Source of the DNA: an uncultured Verrucomicrobiales bacterium
GTDB taxonomy: Bacteria; Verrucomicrobiota; Verrucomicrobiia; Verrucomicrobiales; DEV007
Direction: 5' to 3'
Length of the DNA stretch: 37,875 nt
NCBI GenBank assembly: GCA_938091905.1
Contig: CALKOM010000167.1
Coordinates: 1-37,875, forward strand
Positions 1 through 9,700 of this stretch are shown piece by piece. Position 1 is the first letter of the stretch. Every line of letters starts with the position of its first letter. A program made the position numbers and the translations under genes. Under the pieces are notes generated by a model. It made no database searches and had not been told where the DNA came from. It worked only from the letters and a program-made list of their open reading frames with translations.

Positions 1-1
1 G

Positions 2-256
2 CTTACTCTTACCGCAGCGCATGAGTTCGCCCGGCATGTAGCCTTTCGCGTCTAACAACGTGTCCGCCAGATAAGGACTGTACACAAGGTCCTTCCACTC
101 GGACATCTCCGCCGTGGGATAGGCGCGCAGCCGCCCATCAGCCTCCCACACCTCCGCGCGCGTCGCCGGTCTAACATCCTTCTTGTAGCGCAAGAGCGCG
201 ACCTTCCCCATACTGGCCAAGCAAACGAGGATGATAAGAATGACAATGAAACGCAT
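2..256 (-). CDS. Small membrane-anchored or secreted hypothetical protein, partial (runs off the left edge)
   Basis: Hand translation from ATG at 256: MRFIVILIILVCLASMGKVALLRYKKDVRPATRAEVWEADGRLRAYPTAEMSEWKDLVYSPYLADTLLDAKGYMPGELMRCGKSK, open to the edge. Hydrophobic N-terminus. Upstream candidate promoter TTGAGA(303-298)-16-TACGTT(281-276). Confidence 0.65.
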   Translation of the reverse strand, partial: MRFIVILIILVCLASMGKVALLRYKKDVRPATRAEVWEADGRLRAYPTAEMSEWKDLVYSPYLADTLLDAKGYMPGELMRCGKSK

Positions 257-387
257 GAGCGGAGAACTAAAGGGAAACGTAACATGGCGCTTGGATGTCT
301 CAAGAGGTTGATCATTTAGAACTCTTACTTTTTAACTAAATTGAACTTAGTTATTAAGAAGATAGGATAGTTTAGATACCTAAAGTA

Positions 388-416
388 TTGCACTGGATCA
401 GGATGCACCGCATAAT
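388..416 (+). promoter_or_regulatory. Sigma70-type promoter of the GST-like gene
   Basis: TTGCAC (388-393), 17 bp spacer, CATAAT (411-416). GTG start at 424. Confidence 0.6.
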
Positions 417-423
417 ATATGCG

Positions 424-1089
424 GTGAGTCTAACCATCTACGAGATGCCCCACAGCCCCTACTGTATCCCGATTACACGGGCGCTGGATGCTTTTGCGAT
501 TCCGCACGAGCGTGTCCCTGTCCCCAATTGGGATCGCGGCAAGATCATGGCGCTCACGGATGGAGCCTACTACCAGGTGCCTGTTCTCGCTCATGATGAA
601 GCTCTCATTTCTGAGACTTCCGATAGCAGTTTAGACATCGCTCACTATGTCGATGAACAGTTCGCGAGCGGGCAGCTCTTTCCATCAGCCACAACAGGGA
701 TAAACGAAACCCTCATCGAGCACATAGAGAATGAGATCGAGGGGCTCACCTTCCGGCTCTGTGACATTCACTACGTCCCCTTGATCGACGACGTCGTCGC
801 ACGGACTTCTGTTATTCGTCATAAGGAGCGCCGGTTCGGCCGAGACTGCCTTGAGGGCTGGGAGACACGAGCACCAGAAATACGGGCAGACCTTTACCGT
901 TTGTTAGGAAGATTCGATGCAACCCTACAGAGTCGCGGTTTCATCCTGCAAGACAACGCACCAACCTACGTCGATTACGCCTTACTGGGGGTGAGAGAGA
1001 ATCTCACTTACGGTGGGCACGAGACGCTCTCACCTGACCACACAGCACTGCGTGCCTGGCAAGAGCGCCTCACTGCCTACAGATTCTAG
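424..1089 (+). CDS. Glutathione S-transferase family protein (GST N-terminal domain)
   Basis: LTIYEMPHSPYC, YQVPVL and C-terminal PTYVDYALLG motifs. Start placed at GTG 424 because the ORF-track start (388) coincides with the -35 box. Confidence 0.8.
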   Translation: MSLTIYEMPHSPYCIPITRALDAFAIPHERVPVPNWDRGKIMALTDGAYYQVPVLAHDEALISETSDSSLDIAHYVDEQFASGQLFPSATTGINETLIEHIENEIEGLTFRLCDIHYVPLIDDVVARTSVIRHKERRFGRDCLEGWETRAPEIRADLYRLLGRFDATLQSRGFILQDNAPTYVDYALLGVRENLTYGGHETLSPDHTALRAWQERLTAYRF

Positions 1090-1099
1090 TAAGCTCCCA

Positions 1100-1798
1100 A
1101 TGGTCATTGGCCCTCTCATTGCTCTCTTTGTCATCGCGATTGTCTCCCTGCTCATCGTGAGGGTTGGTGCCACCGCCCTCATGATGACTGGCCTGAGCTG
1201 GGACATCGCTAATTTCCAGGCCTATTCCTCATTCTTCGGAGTCGGGTTCACCACCAGCGAAGCCGAGCATGTGGTGAACCACCCCTTGCGCCGCCGCATC
1301 ATTCGCGATCTGATCATTAGCGGAAATGTCGGACTGACCTCTGCTCTAACCACTGCAATCATCACCTTTCTGGACGTCAAAGATAGCGACGCCGTGCTTA
1401 GCACTTTAGGCAGCCTTATCGTTGGTGGCCTCACCCTCTTTCTTCTAGCAAAGATTGGAGTCGTTCGACGACTTATCGACACGAGCATCCACAGGGGCCT
1501 TGCAGGCATGGGTATGGTTCATGTGGCAGACTATGATTTGCTGCTCAAAGTCCAGTCAGGCTATTGCGTCTCCGAATTGGAGATCTCCACCGATGATGAT
1601 CTTGCAGGCAGAGATCTAGGAGACTCGCGGCCTGCAGACAAAGGCATTATTGTGTTAGGAATCACCAAGCCGTCAGGTGAGTTCATCGGCGCTCCCAGCC
1701 GACACGAGACTGTCGAGATCGGCGACACCCTCCTAGTCTATGGCAGCGAATCCGCGATCCAATCCATGCGTCCTGGGCCAGAGAATTCTTCATCTTGA
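1100..1798 (+). CDS. TrkA-C (RCK_C) domain membrane protein, putative K+ channel or transporter-related
   Basis: N-terminal TM helices with a pore-like FFGVGFTT motif; C-terminal IIVLGITKPSGEFIGAP...IGDTLLVYG. ATG at 1100, just after the GST stop. Confidence 0.8.
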   Translation: MVIGPLIALFVIAIVSLLIVRVGATALMMTGLSWDIANFQAYSSFFGVGFTTSEAEHVVNHPLRRRIIRDLIISGNVGLTSALTTAIITFLDVKDSDAVLSTLGSLIVGGLTLFLLAKIGVVRRLIDTSIHRGLAGMGMVHVADYDLLLKVQSGYCVSELEISTDDDLAGRDLGDSRPADKGIIVLGITKPSGEFIGAPSRHETVEIGDTLLVYGSESAIQSMRPGPENSSS

Positions 1799-1838
1799 GG
1801 CTCGCGCTGAGACCCGGAGATTCTATGGTTGCGACCTC

Positions 1839-4565
1839 ATGTTCAGAACGTTGCTTCTCGTCTCCCTCGGGTGGTTCTACTTTCACCCCATCGTTGAAGC
1901 TGAGCCCCCACCCTTTAATGATTCCGCGCTGCAAGGCACCCTAGTCGCCCCATTGCCGTACGAGGTGAATCGAGTGTTCTCTGAGCAGACCTTTCGAAAT
2001 CCCGTCGATTTCATTCCCGAGCCAGGAACCAACAGAATCTTTATCATTCAGGTAAACGGAGACGTCTACGCTTTCGATCCGACAGATGCATCAGCCACAC
2101 GTCAACGTGTCTCTAGCCTGAGCGACCACGAGGAGAGATTCGGCCAACTGTATGGCATGGCCTTTCATCCAAGCTATGAAACAAACGGCATCGTCTACTT
2201 GGCTTATAAGGTTCAAGGGCTACTCGATCCAGAGGGCACGCGCGTGATCGAATGTCAGATGGATCACTCCACCAACCATATTAACCTAAGCGATAGTCGC
2301 CTAGTCATCACCTGGCCTCAGGGTGGCCACAATGGTGCCTCGTTGCAGTTTGGCCCCGACGGCTACCTCTACATCTCGGCTGGCGATGCCGACAACCCGA
2401 ATCCCCCAGATAAACGGAAGGTTGGGCAGGACTGCAGTAATCTGCTCTCCACGGTAATGCGCATCGATGTTGATCGACGCGATCCGGGCCTAGCCTATGC
2501 GATCCCTCCGGACAATCCGTTCAATGACCTCGCTGGTGCCCGTCCCGAGATTTGGGCCTTTGGCTTCCGCAATCCCTGGCGGATGTCATTCGATAAAAAG
2601 AACGGCGACCTCTGGGTAGGCGACGTGGGTTGGGACATGTGGGAACTCGTCTATCGAGTGCAACGTGGTGCGAACTACGGATGGAGCATCATGGAGGGCC
2701 GACAACCTATCAATGTCACTTGGGAACGCGGCCCGGTTCCGATCTCTCCTCCCATCGCAGAACATCCTCACACGGAAGCACGCTCCATCACGGGCGGGTA
2801 TGTGTATCACGGAGAACGATTTCCCGACCTACGCGGAGCCTACATCTACGGAGACTACGAAACAGGCAAGATCTGGGCACTCTGGCAGGATCAAGGGACA
2901 CGCAATCGTCTAGAAGAAATTGCCGATTGTGAACTCCGCATCATTTGCTTCGGCCAGACTTGGGATGGGGAAGTCTATATCGTCGACTACGCTGGCGGCA
3001 TTTATGAGCTCAATCCACGCGATCAAGAAGCAGCGGAAAAGAGTGTGGGGAAATCCTTCCCTGAAAAGCTGAGCGAAACCGGTCTCTTCAACGACGTCGC
3101 GTCGCAGACACCTGCAGAAGGGCTCATTTCCTACGACATCAAGCACCCACGCTGGGCCGACAGCCTCGTTTCCAAACGCTGGATCGCGCTGCCGCAGGGC
3201 GGGCAGATCAGCAGGCGCGGAAATATAAATATCGCACGAAGCGCCTTTCCAGAAGGCACGTTGTTCATCAAGACACTTAGCACTCCGGTAACCGACCGAC
3301 CCATTGAAACCCAAGTCTTGCAAAGACGTCAGAGTGCTTGGCGAGCGTTTAGCTACGCTTGGAATGATCAAGGCGACGATGCCTCACTGGTGCCGCAGCA
3401 AGGTCAGCAACGCACCATCACCCTGGGTGCAGGCGACAGCGCCCGAGCACAACCTTGGCATGCCGCCGGAGCTTCAGATTGCCGCATCTGTCATAACGAC
3501 CAAGCAGGCAGTGTGTTAGGATTCAATGAATGGCAGCTTACCTCGGGTACGATCACCGAGTTTCAAGAGATCGGGGTACTACATGAAGAACGGCGACGCC
3601 GAGATCAAGCCACGGAACAGTCGGATCCACACCTTGCACGTATCTACCTGGATGTGAACTGCGCCTCATGTCACCGCATGAATGGCGGCGGCTTGGTCCC
3701 CATGAATCTCGAGCACGAATTGCCAAATGATAGGATCGCGGCGCTGGGTGAGAAACCACAACGCGGAATCTTTAGTATACCCGGCGCCCAAGTGATCGCA
3801 CCAGGCCAGCCCGAACGATCCACACTCTACTACCGCATGGCCAAGCTTGGCTCAGGCCGCATGCCCCATCTTGGCTCTAAGGTCGTCGATTCCGAAGGGC
3901 TGAGCCTTATTTACGAATGGATCGAAAGCCTTGATCCAGACGCCGACCGGACCTTGGCCGACGACGACGAGGTCCCCAGAGCCATGGTTCGGCTGCATGA
4001 ACGAGACGACCCGTTAGGCATGGTGGCCCTCGATCAAGCGGTGGGAGATCTCTTGCTCCGCTTCGACGATCACGATGCGCCCACAGCATCCACCTCTAGT
4101 CCAGAATCTAAGGGGGACCCAACCGCCATTCTCGCTCTCGAAAGTGATCCTGCACGCGGCGCGGAACTTCTCCTTGGGACTAGAGGAGCCATCTGCCTCA
4201 CCTGCCATCAAGTGGGCTCTCAAGGCCGAGACTTTGGCCCCGCATTCGATGGCATCGGCAGTCGACGAACCAAAGAGCACCTTTTAGAAAGCCTGCTCCT
4301 TCCTTCCGCAGAGATTGAGGCCCCTTACGTTCATTACACCGTGACGACGAATTCTAAAACTGAATCACTTTCCGGATTCATCAGACACCATGATAGGTCA
4401 GGCATCCTCCTGCGAGATGCTGCCCTCCAGGAAATCACCTTCCCCATCGCTGACATTGCCACGATGACGGCAAGTGACATTTCCGTAATGCCGCCAGGTC
4501 TAGGTCAGGCCTTCAGCGACAACGAGATAGCTGACTTGCTAGCCTATCTTGAAAGTCTTCGTTGA
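1839..4565 (+). CDS. PQQ-dependent sugar dehydrogenase (GSDH) family protein with c-type cytochrome domains
   Basis: Signal-like N-terminus MFRTLLLVSLGW; GGHNGASLQFGPDGYLYISAGD, EIWAFGFRNPWRMSFD and SITGGYVYHG; three heme motifs CRICH, CASCH, CLTCH; C-terminal SVMPPGL. Confidence 0.85.
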   Translation: MFRTLLLVSLGWFYFHPIVEAEPPPFNDSALQGTLVAPLPYEVNRVFSEQTFRNPVDFIPEPGTNRIFIIQVNGDVYAFDPTDASATRQRVSSLSDHEERFGQLYGMAFHPSYETNGIVYLAYKVQGLLDPEGTRVIECQMDHSTNHINLSDSRLVITWPQGGHNGASLQFGPDGYLYISAGDADNPNPPDKRKVGQDCSNLLSTVMRIDVDRRDPGLAYAIPPDNPFNDLAGARPEIWAFGFRNPWRMSFDKKNGDLWVGDVGWDMWELVYRVQRGANYGWSIMEGRQPINVTWERGPVPISPPIAEHPHTEARSITGGYVYHGERFPDLRGAYIYGDYETGKIWALWQDQGTRNRLEEIADCELRIICFGQTWDGEVYIVDYAGGIYELNPRDQEAAEKSVGKSFPEKLSETGLFNDVASQTPAEGLISYDIKHPRWADSLVSKRWIALPQGGQISRRGNINIARSAFPEGTLFIKTLSTPVTDRPIETQVLQRRQSAWRAFSYAWNDQGDDASLVPQQGQQRTITLGAGDSARAQPWHAAGASDCRICHNDQAGSVLGFNEWQLTSGTITEFQEIGVLHEERRRRDQATEQSDPHLARIYLDVNCASCHRMNGGGLVPMNLEHELPNDRIAALGEKPQRGIFSIPGAQVIAPGQPERSTLYYRMAKLGSGRMPHLGSKVVDSEGLSLIYEWIESLDPDADRTLADDDEVPRAMVRLHERDDPLGMVALDQAVGDLLLRFDDHDAPTASTSSPESKGDPTAILALESDPARGAELLLGTRGAICLTCHQVGSQGRDFGPAFDGIGSRRTKEHLLESLLLPSAEIEAPYVHYTVTTNSKTESLSGFIRHHDRSGILLRDAALQEITFPIADIATMTASDISVMPPGLGQAFSDNEIADLLAYLESLR

Positions 4566-4702
4566 TCGCTCAAAAATTGCCGTTTGCACCAAAAGATGGA
4601 GATGATATAGGGCCTTACAGAAGGGGGAATCTACCCTCTCTGGTCACCTAACCGCTATAGTCTTTCCACCAGTTATAGCAGCCCAGCTCAATTCTATCTC
4701 TC

Positions 4703-6253
4703 ATGCCCAAACAGCCAGTCGTTCTTATCATCCGAGACGGATGGGGTGACAATCCCGGCGGCGATGCCACCGCCAAGAAAGATGGCAATGCTGCCATCCT
4801 CGCCGACACACCTTTCCACGATGAGGTCCTTTTCAAGGACTACCCATATGGGCATCTCAGCGCCAGTGGTCTAGACGTCGGGCTGCCTGCGGGACAAATG
4901 GGCAACTCTGAAGTCGGTCACCTCAATCTCGGGGCCGGACGCGTGGTCTATCAAGATCTGACGCGGATTAATCGAGACATCGAGAACGGCGACCTAGCCA
5001 AGAATACGGTCTTGCAAATCGCCCTGCGCAAAGCGCGGGGTCGCCGACTTCATCTGATCGGACTCGTCTCAGATGGCGGCGTCCACAGCCATCAAGACCA
5101 CCTCATCAAACTTGCTGAGATCGCCAAGGAAGCGCAGGTCGATGACATCATGGTCCACGCGATCACAGACGGTCGTGACACCTCACCCACGAGCGGCGAG
5201 AAGTTTCTAGGAGAATGCGAAGATCGCCTCGCCAAGCATGGAGCGCGAATCGCCACCGTCGTGGGACGCTACTTCGCGATGGATCGCGACACACGCTGGG
5301 ATCGGACCAAGCTAGGTTGGGACGCCATCGTCCTGGGCCGCGGTGAGGAGAAAGAGGTCCTGCCTTCCGAAGCCGTTGCGGAGAAGTACGGCCAAGACAA
5401 GACAGACGAATTCATGCCCGCCATGGTCTTTGGCAATGCCAACGAACAGCGCGTCAATGATGGCGACGTCGTCCTCTTCTTCAACTACCGCGCCGATCGC
5501 GCACGCCAACTCTCTGTCGCCTTTCTCGAAGAAGATTTCGACGGTTTTGACCGCGAAGTTTGCCCTGAAATCTACTATGTCACTCTGACAGAGTACGATG
5601 CCACCTACGACTGCCCGGTGATCTTCGCTCCAGAAACGCTCCCGAATGTACTCGGAGAAGTGGTATCGCAAGCAGGCCTCAAACAGCTGCGCATCGCCGA
5701 ATCTGAAAAGTATCCCCACGTCACCTACTTCTTCAACGGGGGTTTGGAGAAACCTTGTGAAGGTGAGAACCGCATCATCGTCAACTCGCCCGACGTTGCT
5801 ACGTACGATCTTCAGCCAGAAATGAGCACGGATGGGGTGATCGAGAAAGTTCTTGAGAATCTACCTAACAATGATCTAGTAATTCTCAATTTCGCCAACC
5901 CCGATATGGTCGGCCACACCGGCTCTGTCAAAGCCGCTATCAAGGCGGTTGAGACAATCGACGAGGCAGTGAAGCAAGTCGTGAAAAAGACTCTGGAACT
6001 CGGTGGCAAACTCCTCATCACGGCAGATCATGGCAATTGCGAGGTCATGATCAAGCCAGACAGTTCGCCACACACCGCGCACACCACCTTTCTCGTTCAC
6101 ATGTTTTATGTCGCTGAGGACGCACAGGACTGCTGGGTCAAAGACGGCATTCTCGCCGATGTCGCCCCCACCCTTCTCGCTCTGCTCGGCATCGAGAAGC
6201 CCGATGAGATGACAGGCACGTCGCTCGTAGTACCCAAGGTGAAGAAAGCCTGA
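4703..6253 (+). CDS. gpmI: 2,3-bisphosphoglycerate-independent phosphoglycerate mutase
   Basis: VLIIRDGWG, GQMGNSEVGH, SDGGVHSH, DGRDT, NPDMVGHTG and TADHGN motifs; 516 aa. Confidence 0.97.
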   Translation: MPKQPVVLIIRDGWGDNPGGDATAKKDGNAAILADTPFHDEVLFKDYPYGHLSASGLDVGLPAGQMGNSEVGHLNLGAGRVVYQDLTRINRDIENGDLAKNTVLQIALRKARGRRLHLIGLVSDGGVHSHQDHLIKLAEIAKEAQVDDIMVHAITDGRDTSPTSGEKFLGECEDRLAKHGARIATVVGRYFAMDRDTRWDRTKLGWDAIVLGRGEEKEVLPSEAVAEKYGQDKTDEFMPAMVFGNANEQRVNDGDVVLFFNYRADRARQLSVAFLEEDFDGFDREVCPEIYYVTLTEYDATYDCPVIFAPETLPNVLGEVVSQAGLKQLRIAESEKYPHVTYFFNGGLEKPCEGENRIIVNSPDVATYDLQPEMSTDGVIEKVLENLPNNDLVILNFANPDMVGHTGSVKAAIKAVETIDEAVKQVVKKTLELGGKLLITADHGNCEVMIKPDSSPHTAHTTFLVHMFYVAEDAQDCWVKDGILADVAPTLLALLGIEKPDEMTGTSLVVPKVKKA

Positions 6254-6454
6254 GCTTTGGGGACATTGGCCCGCTGCTACCAGTTCAACACTGCCCGTGG
6301 ATACCTAAAACGGTTTGTCTTCGGAGTCTCCGGCCCACGCCTAAATCGGCAGACCTCCACCACTAAATTCTGAGCACTGCTCGGTCACTAGAAAACGGTT
6401 TGAATGTGTACGTTGCTAGATCATCGCATCGGTAGGGGAAATGCTAAAAAGATG

Positions 6455-6567
6455 GAATTTTAGAGAAAATTACAGAATTTCCAGATTCTACAGAGGCGAG
6501 TAAGAATGCTGATCCAATCATTCCTTCCATCCCATTCCCCTCTGTTCATTCACCTAATTCTATCTAG
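6455..6567. repeat. Degenerate intergenic inverted repeat built from ~9-10 bp ACAGAATT-like units
   Basis: TAGAGAAAATTACAGAATTTCCAGATTCTACAGA (6461-6494) is loosely complementary to TCTGTTCATTCACCTAATTCTATCTA (6541-6566). Confidence 0.35.
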
Positions 6568-6701
6568 AGGCTGAGAATATGGGCGCTTGAAGCGACGCTC
6601 AGTAACGACATAAGAGTTCTCAAATTTCCGGTAAAATTTGCATGGCCCCGTCGAAAGATGGGAGTTGCCTAGGCAATCTCCGAGCGTTGTATGCTGGCAC
6701 C

Positions 6702-9700
6702 ATGCCCGCCGACAACTTCGTCCATCTGCACGTTCATACGGAATACTCGACCCTGGACGGGGCTAACCGAATTCCTGAGATCATGAAGAAGGCGGCGAAG
6801 TATGAGATGCCAGCCTTGGCCATGACCGATCATGGAAATCTCTACGGGATTGTCGAGTTCTTTCAGCAAGCCCAGAAGCACGGAGTGAAGCCGATCTTTG
6901 GATGTGAGATTTACATGTCTCCCGGTTCCATGCACGAGAAAAAGCAGGTGCCAGGACGTCGCAATGCCTCCCACCTCACCGTCTTGGCCAAGGACGAGGT
7001 GGGCTTTCAAAACTTGGTCAAGCTGACCTCCAAGGCGCACCTGGAGGGCTTCTACTACAAGCCCCGAGTGGACAAGGAATGCCTCCAAGAGCACAGCGAG
7101 GGCTTGCTCGCGCTCAGCGGTTGTCTTGCGAGTGAGATCAACCAACACATCGTCAATGATCAAATTGATTTCGCACGGCAAAGTGTCGACGACTTCATCA
7201 ACATCTTCGGGAAGGACGACTTTTACCTGGAATTACACGACCACGGTCTGGAGCAGCAACACAAATGCACCAAGCAACTGATCGAGTTCTCGAAGGAGTT
7301 CGACCTCAAGCTAGTCGCCTCCAATGATGTCCATTTCCTGAATAAGGAAGATCACGAGTGTCACGATGTCATGATCTGCATCGGCACCGGGGTGCACGTC
7401 CACGATGAGAAGCGCCTGCACTATCCTGAGGAGGTCTATTTCAAGACAGCCGACGAAATGTACGATGTCTTCAAGGACTATCCCGAGGCGTGTCGAAACA
7501 CCTTGGAGATCGCCGAGAAGTGCAACGTGGAGCTGAAGTTGGACTCCACGAGTTCAGAAAAATATCCCGAATTCGATTCTCCTGATGGTTCTCCGCGCGA
7601 CACGTATTTCCGCAATCTCTGCCAGAAGGGACTGGTCGAACGCTACGGCGAAGAACGCGCGGCCCAAGACGAGGAGCTGCACGAGCGTCTTGAGTATGAG
7701 ATCGGGATCATGGAGAAGATGGGATTCGTTTCCTACTTCCTCATCACCTGGGATTTCATCAACTGGGCGAAGGAACATAAGATCCCTGTGGGTCCTGGAC
7801 GGGGTTCGGCGGCGGGATCCCTTGTCGCGTATGTGCTAGGAATCACCGATCTCTGCCCGATTGAGTTCAGCCTAATCTTCGAGCGATTCCTTAACCCGGA
7901 ACGCGTTTCCCCGCCTGACGTCGACGTCGACTTTTGTCAGTCTCGCCGAGGCGAGGTCATCGAGTATGTGCGCCAGAAGTATGGCGAACGTGCGGTGTCT
8001 CACATTATCACTTTCGGAACGATGGGTGCAAAGAGCGTCATCCGCGATGTCGGTCGTGTCCTCGGCATGGGCTACACCGAGGCGGATCGCATTTCCAAGA
8101 TGATCCCGGCAGAACTTGGAATCACCCTATCTGAAGCCCGCGAGAAGAATCCCGAACTTGCCGAAACCATCGACGGAGACGGCCGCATTCAGCAGCTTTG
8201 GAAGTACGCCATCTACTTGGAGGGCCTCACTCGCGGCACGGGAATTCACGCTGCTGGTGTCGTCATCGGTGACCGTGCTCTGGACGAGTTCATACCACTT
8301 ACTCGAGGAAATGAAGGCGAGGTCGTGACTCAGCTCGCCATGGGCCCATTGACCGAGTTTGGCATGTTGAAAATGGACTTCCTAGGCCTGAAAACACTAA
8401 CAGTCATTCAAGATGCCGCGAATTTGATTTACGAGTTCGTGCCCGATTTCGACATCACGAAGATCGCCACGGATGACGGGCCTACCTACGAATTACTCAG
8501 TGCCGGCCAAACCATCGCCGTGTTCCAGTTGGAATCCGGCGGCATGATCAATCTGTGCAAGCAGTTTGGCGTGAGCGATCTGGAGGATATCAGCGCACTG
8601 CTTGCCCTTTATCGCCCTGGTCCGATGGACCTTATCCCGGACTACATCGCACGGAAGAAAGGCGAGAAAGAGATCAGGTACGAGCACCCTCTACTCGAAC
8701 AGGTCTCTGCCAATACCTACGGGATCATGATTTACCAGGAGCAGGTTCAAAAGGCTGCCAACTTGCTCGCTGGGTATTCGCTAGGACAAGCGGACTTGCT
8801 TCGTCGTGCCATGGGCAAAAAGGACAAATCCAAGATGGCGATCGAACGCGAAAAGTTCGTGGCTGGTTGCGCAGAAGCAAACAAGATCGCGGCGAAGAAG
8901 GCGAATAAGATCTTCGACACCCTCGAGAAGTTTGCCGGATATGGTTTCAATAAGTCGCACTCCTGTGCTTACGGGTTGATTACCTATCAGACAGCGTATT
9001 TAAAAGCCAACTATCCGGTGGAGTTTATGGCTGGGGTCTTGTCTAACGAAATCAATAATACGGAGAAGATCTCCGTATTTGTGAATGAGTGTAAGAATAT
9101 GGACATCGATATCCTCCCGCCAGATATCAATCGTTCCCAGATCAAGTTTGCTCCTGAGCGAATCGATGATGTCAGCCAGAACGGTCGTAATGGGACGAAC
9201 ATGGCCATTCGCTATGGATTGGCCGCCATCAAAGGCGTGGGACAGGGAGCCATGGAAATGGTCCTCCAGGAGCGTGCAGCGGAAGGTGACTATACCGGCT
9301 TGGAGAATTTCGCTACGCGGGTGGATTCCAAGAGTGTGAACAAGAAGGCCATGGAATCGCTCATCAAGGCTGGCGCGTTCGACTTCACTGGTGAAGAACG
9401 CCCAGCACTCTACTCGCGCATCGCTCAAGTTGTGGCGTCTTCCCAGGCCGCCACGAAAGACCGTGCATCGGGCCAAGGCTCTCTCTTTGATACGCTCGAT
9501 ATCACCGCAGCAGCACCACAAGAGCAGGTCGTGGAAGAGACCTGGACCAAAGATGAGATCCTCACCTACGAGAAGGATCTATTAGGCTTCTACGTTACTG
9601 GCCATCCACTTGATTCCTATCGAAACACCATTCTCAGTAAGGCGAAAGCGCGTTCCTACCTCGACTTAGAGGAGCTAGAAGTGGGCAAAGATCGTAGAAA

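Noticed and set aside
52..315. 87-aa minus-strand ORF from the track
   Set aside because: Arg/Cys-rich with no motifs. The alternative frame from ATG 256 has a clean TM anchor and a plausible promoter.
4617..4680. Hairpins upstream of gpmI as a riboswitch or ncRNA
   Set aside because: Short imperfect stems without recognisable conserved motifs.
6289..6402. CRISPR array
   Set aside because: Only two degenerate copies with a ~57-bp gap, and no cas genes in the window.
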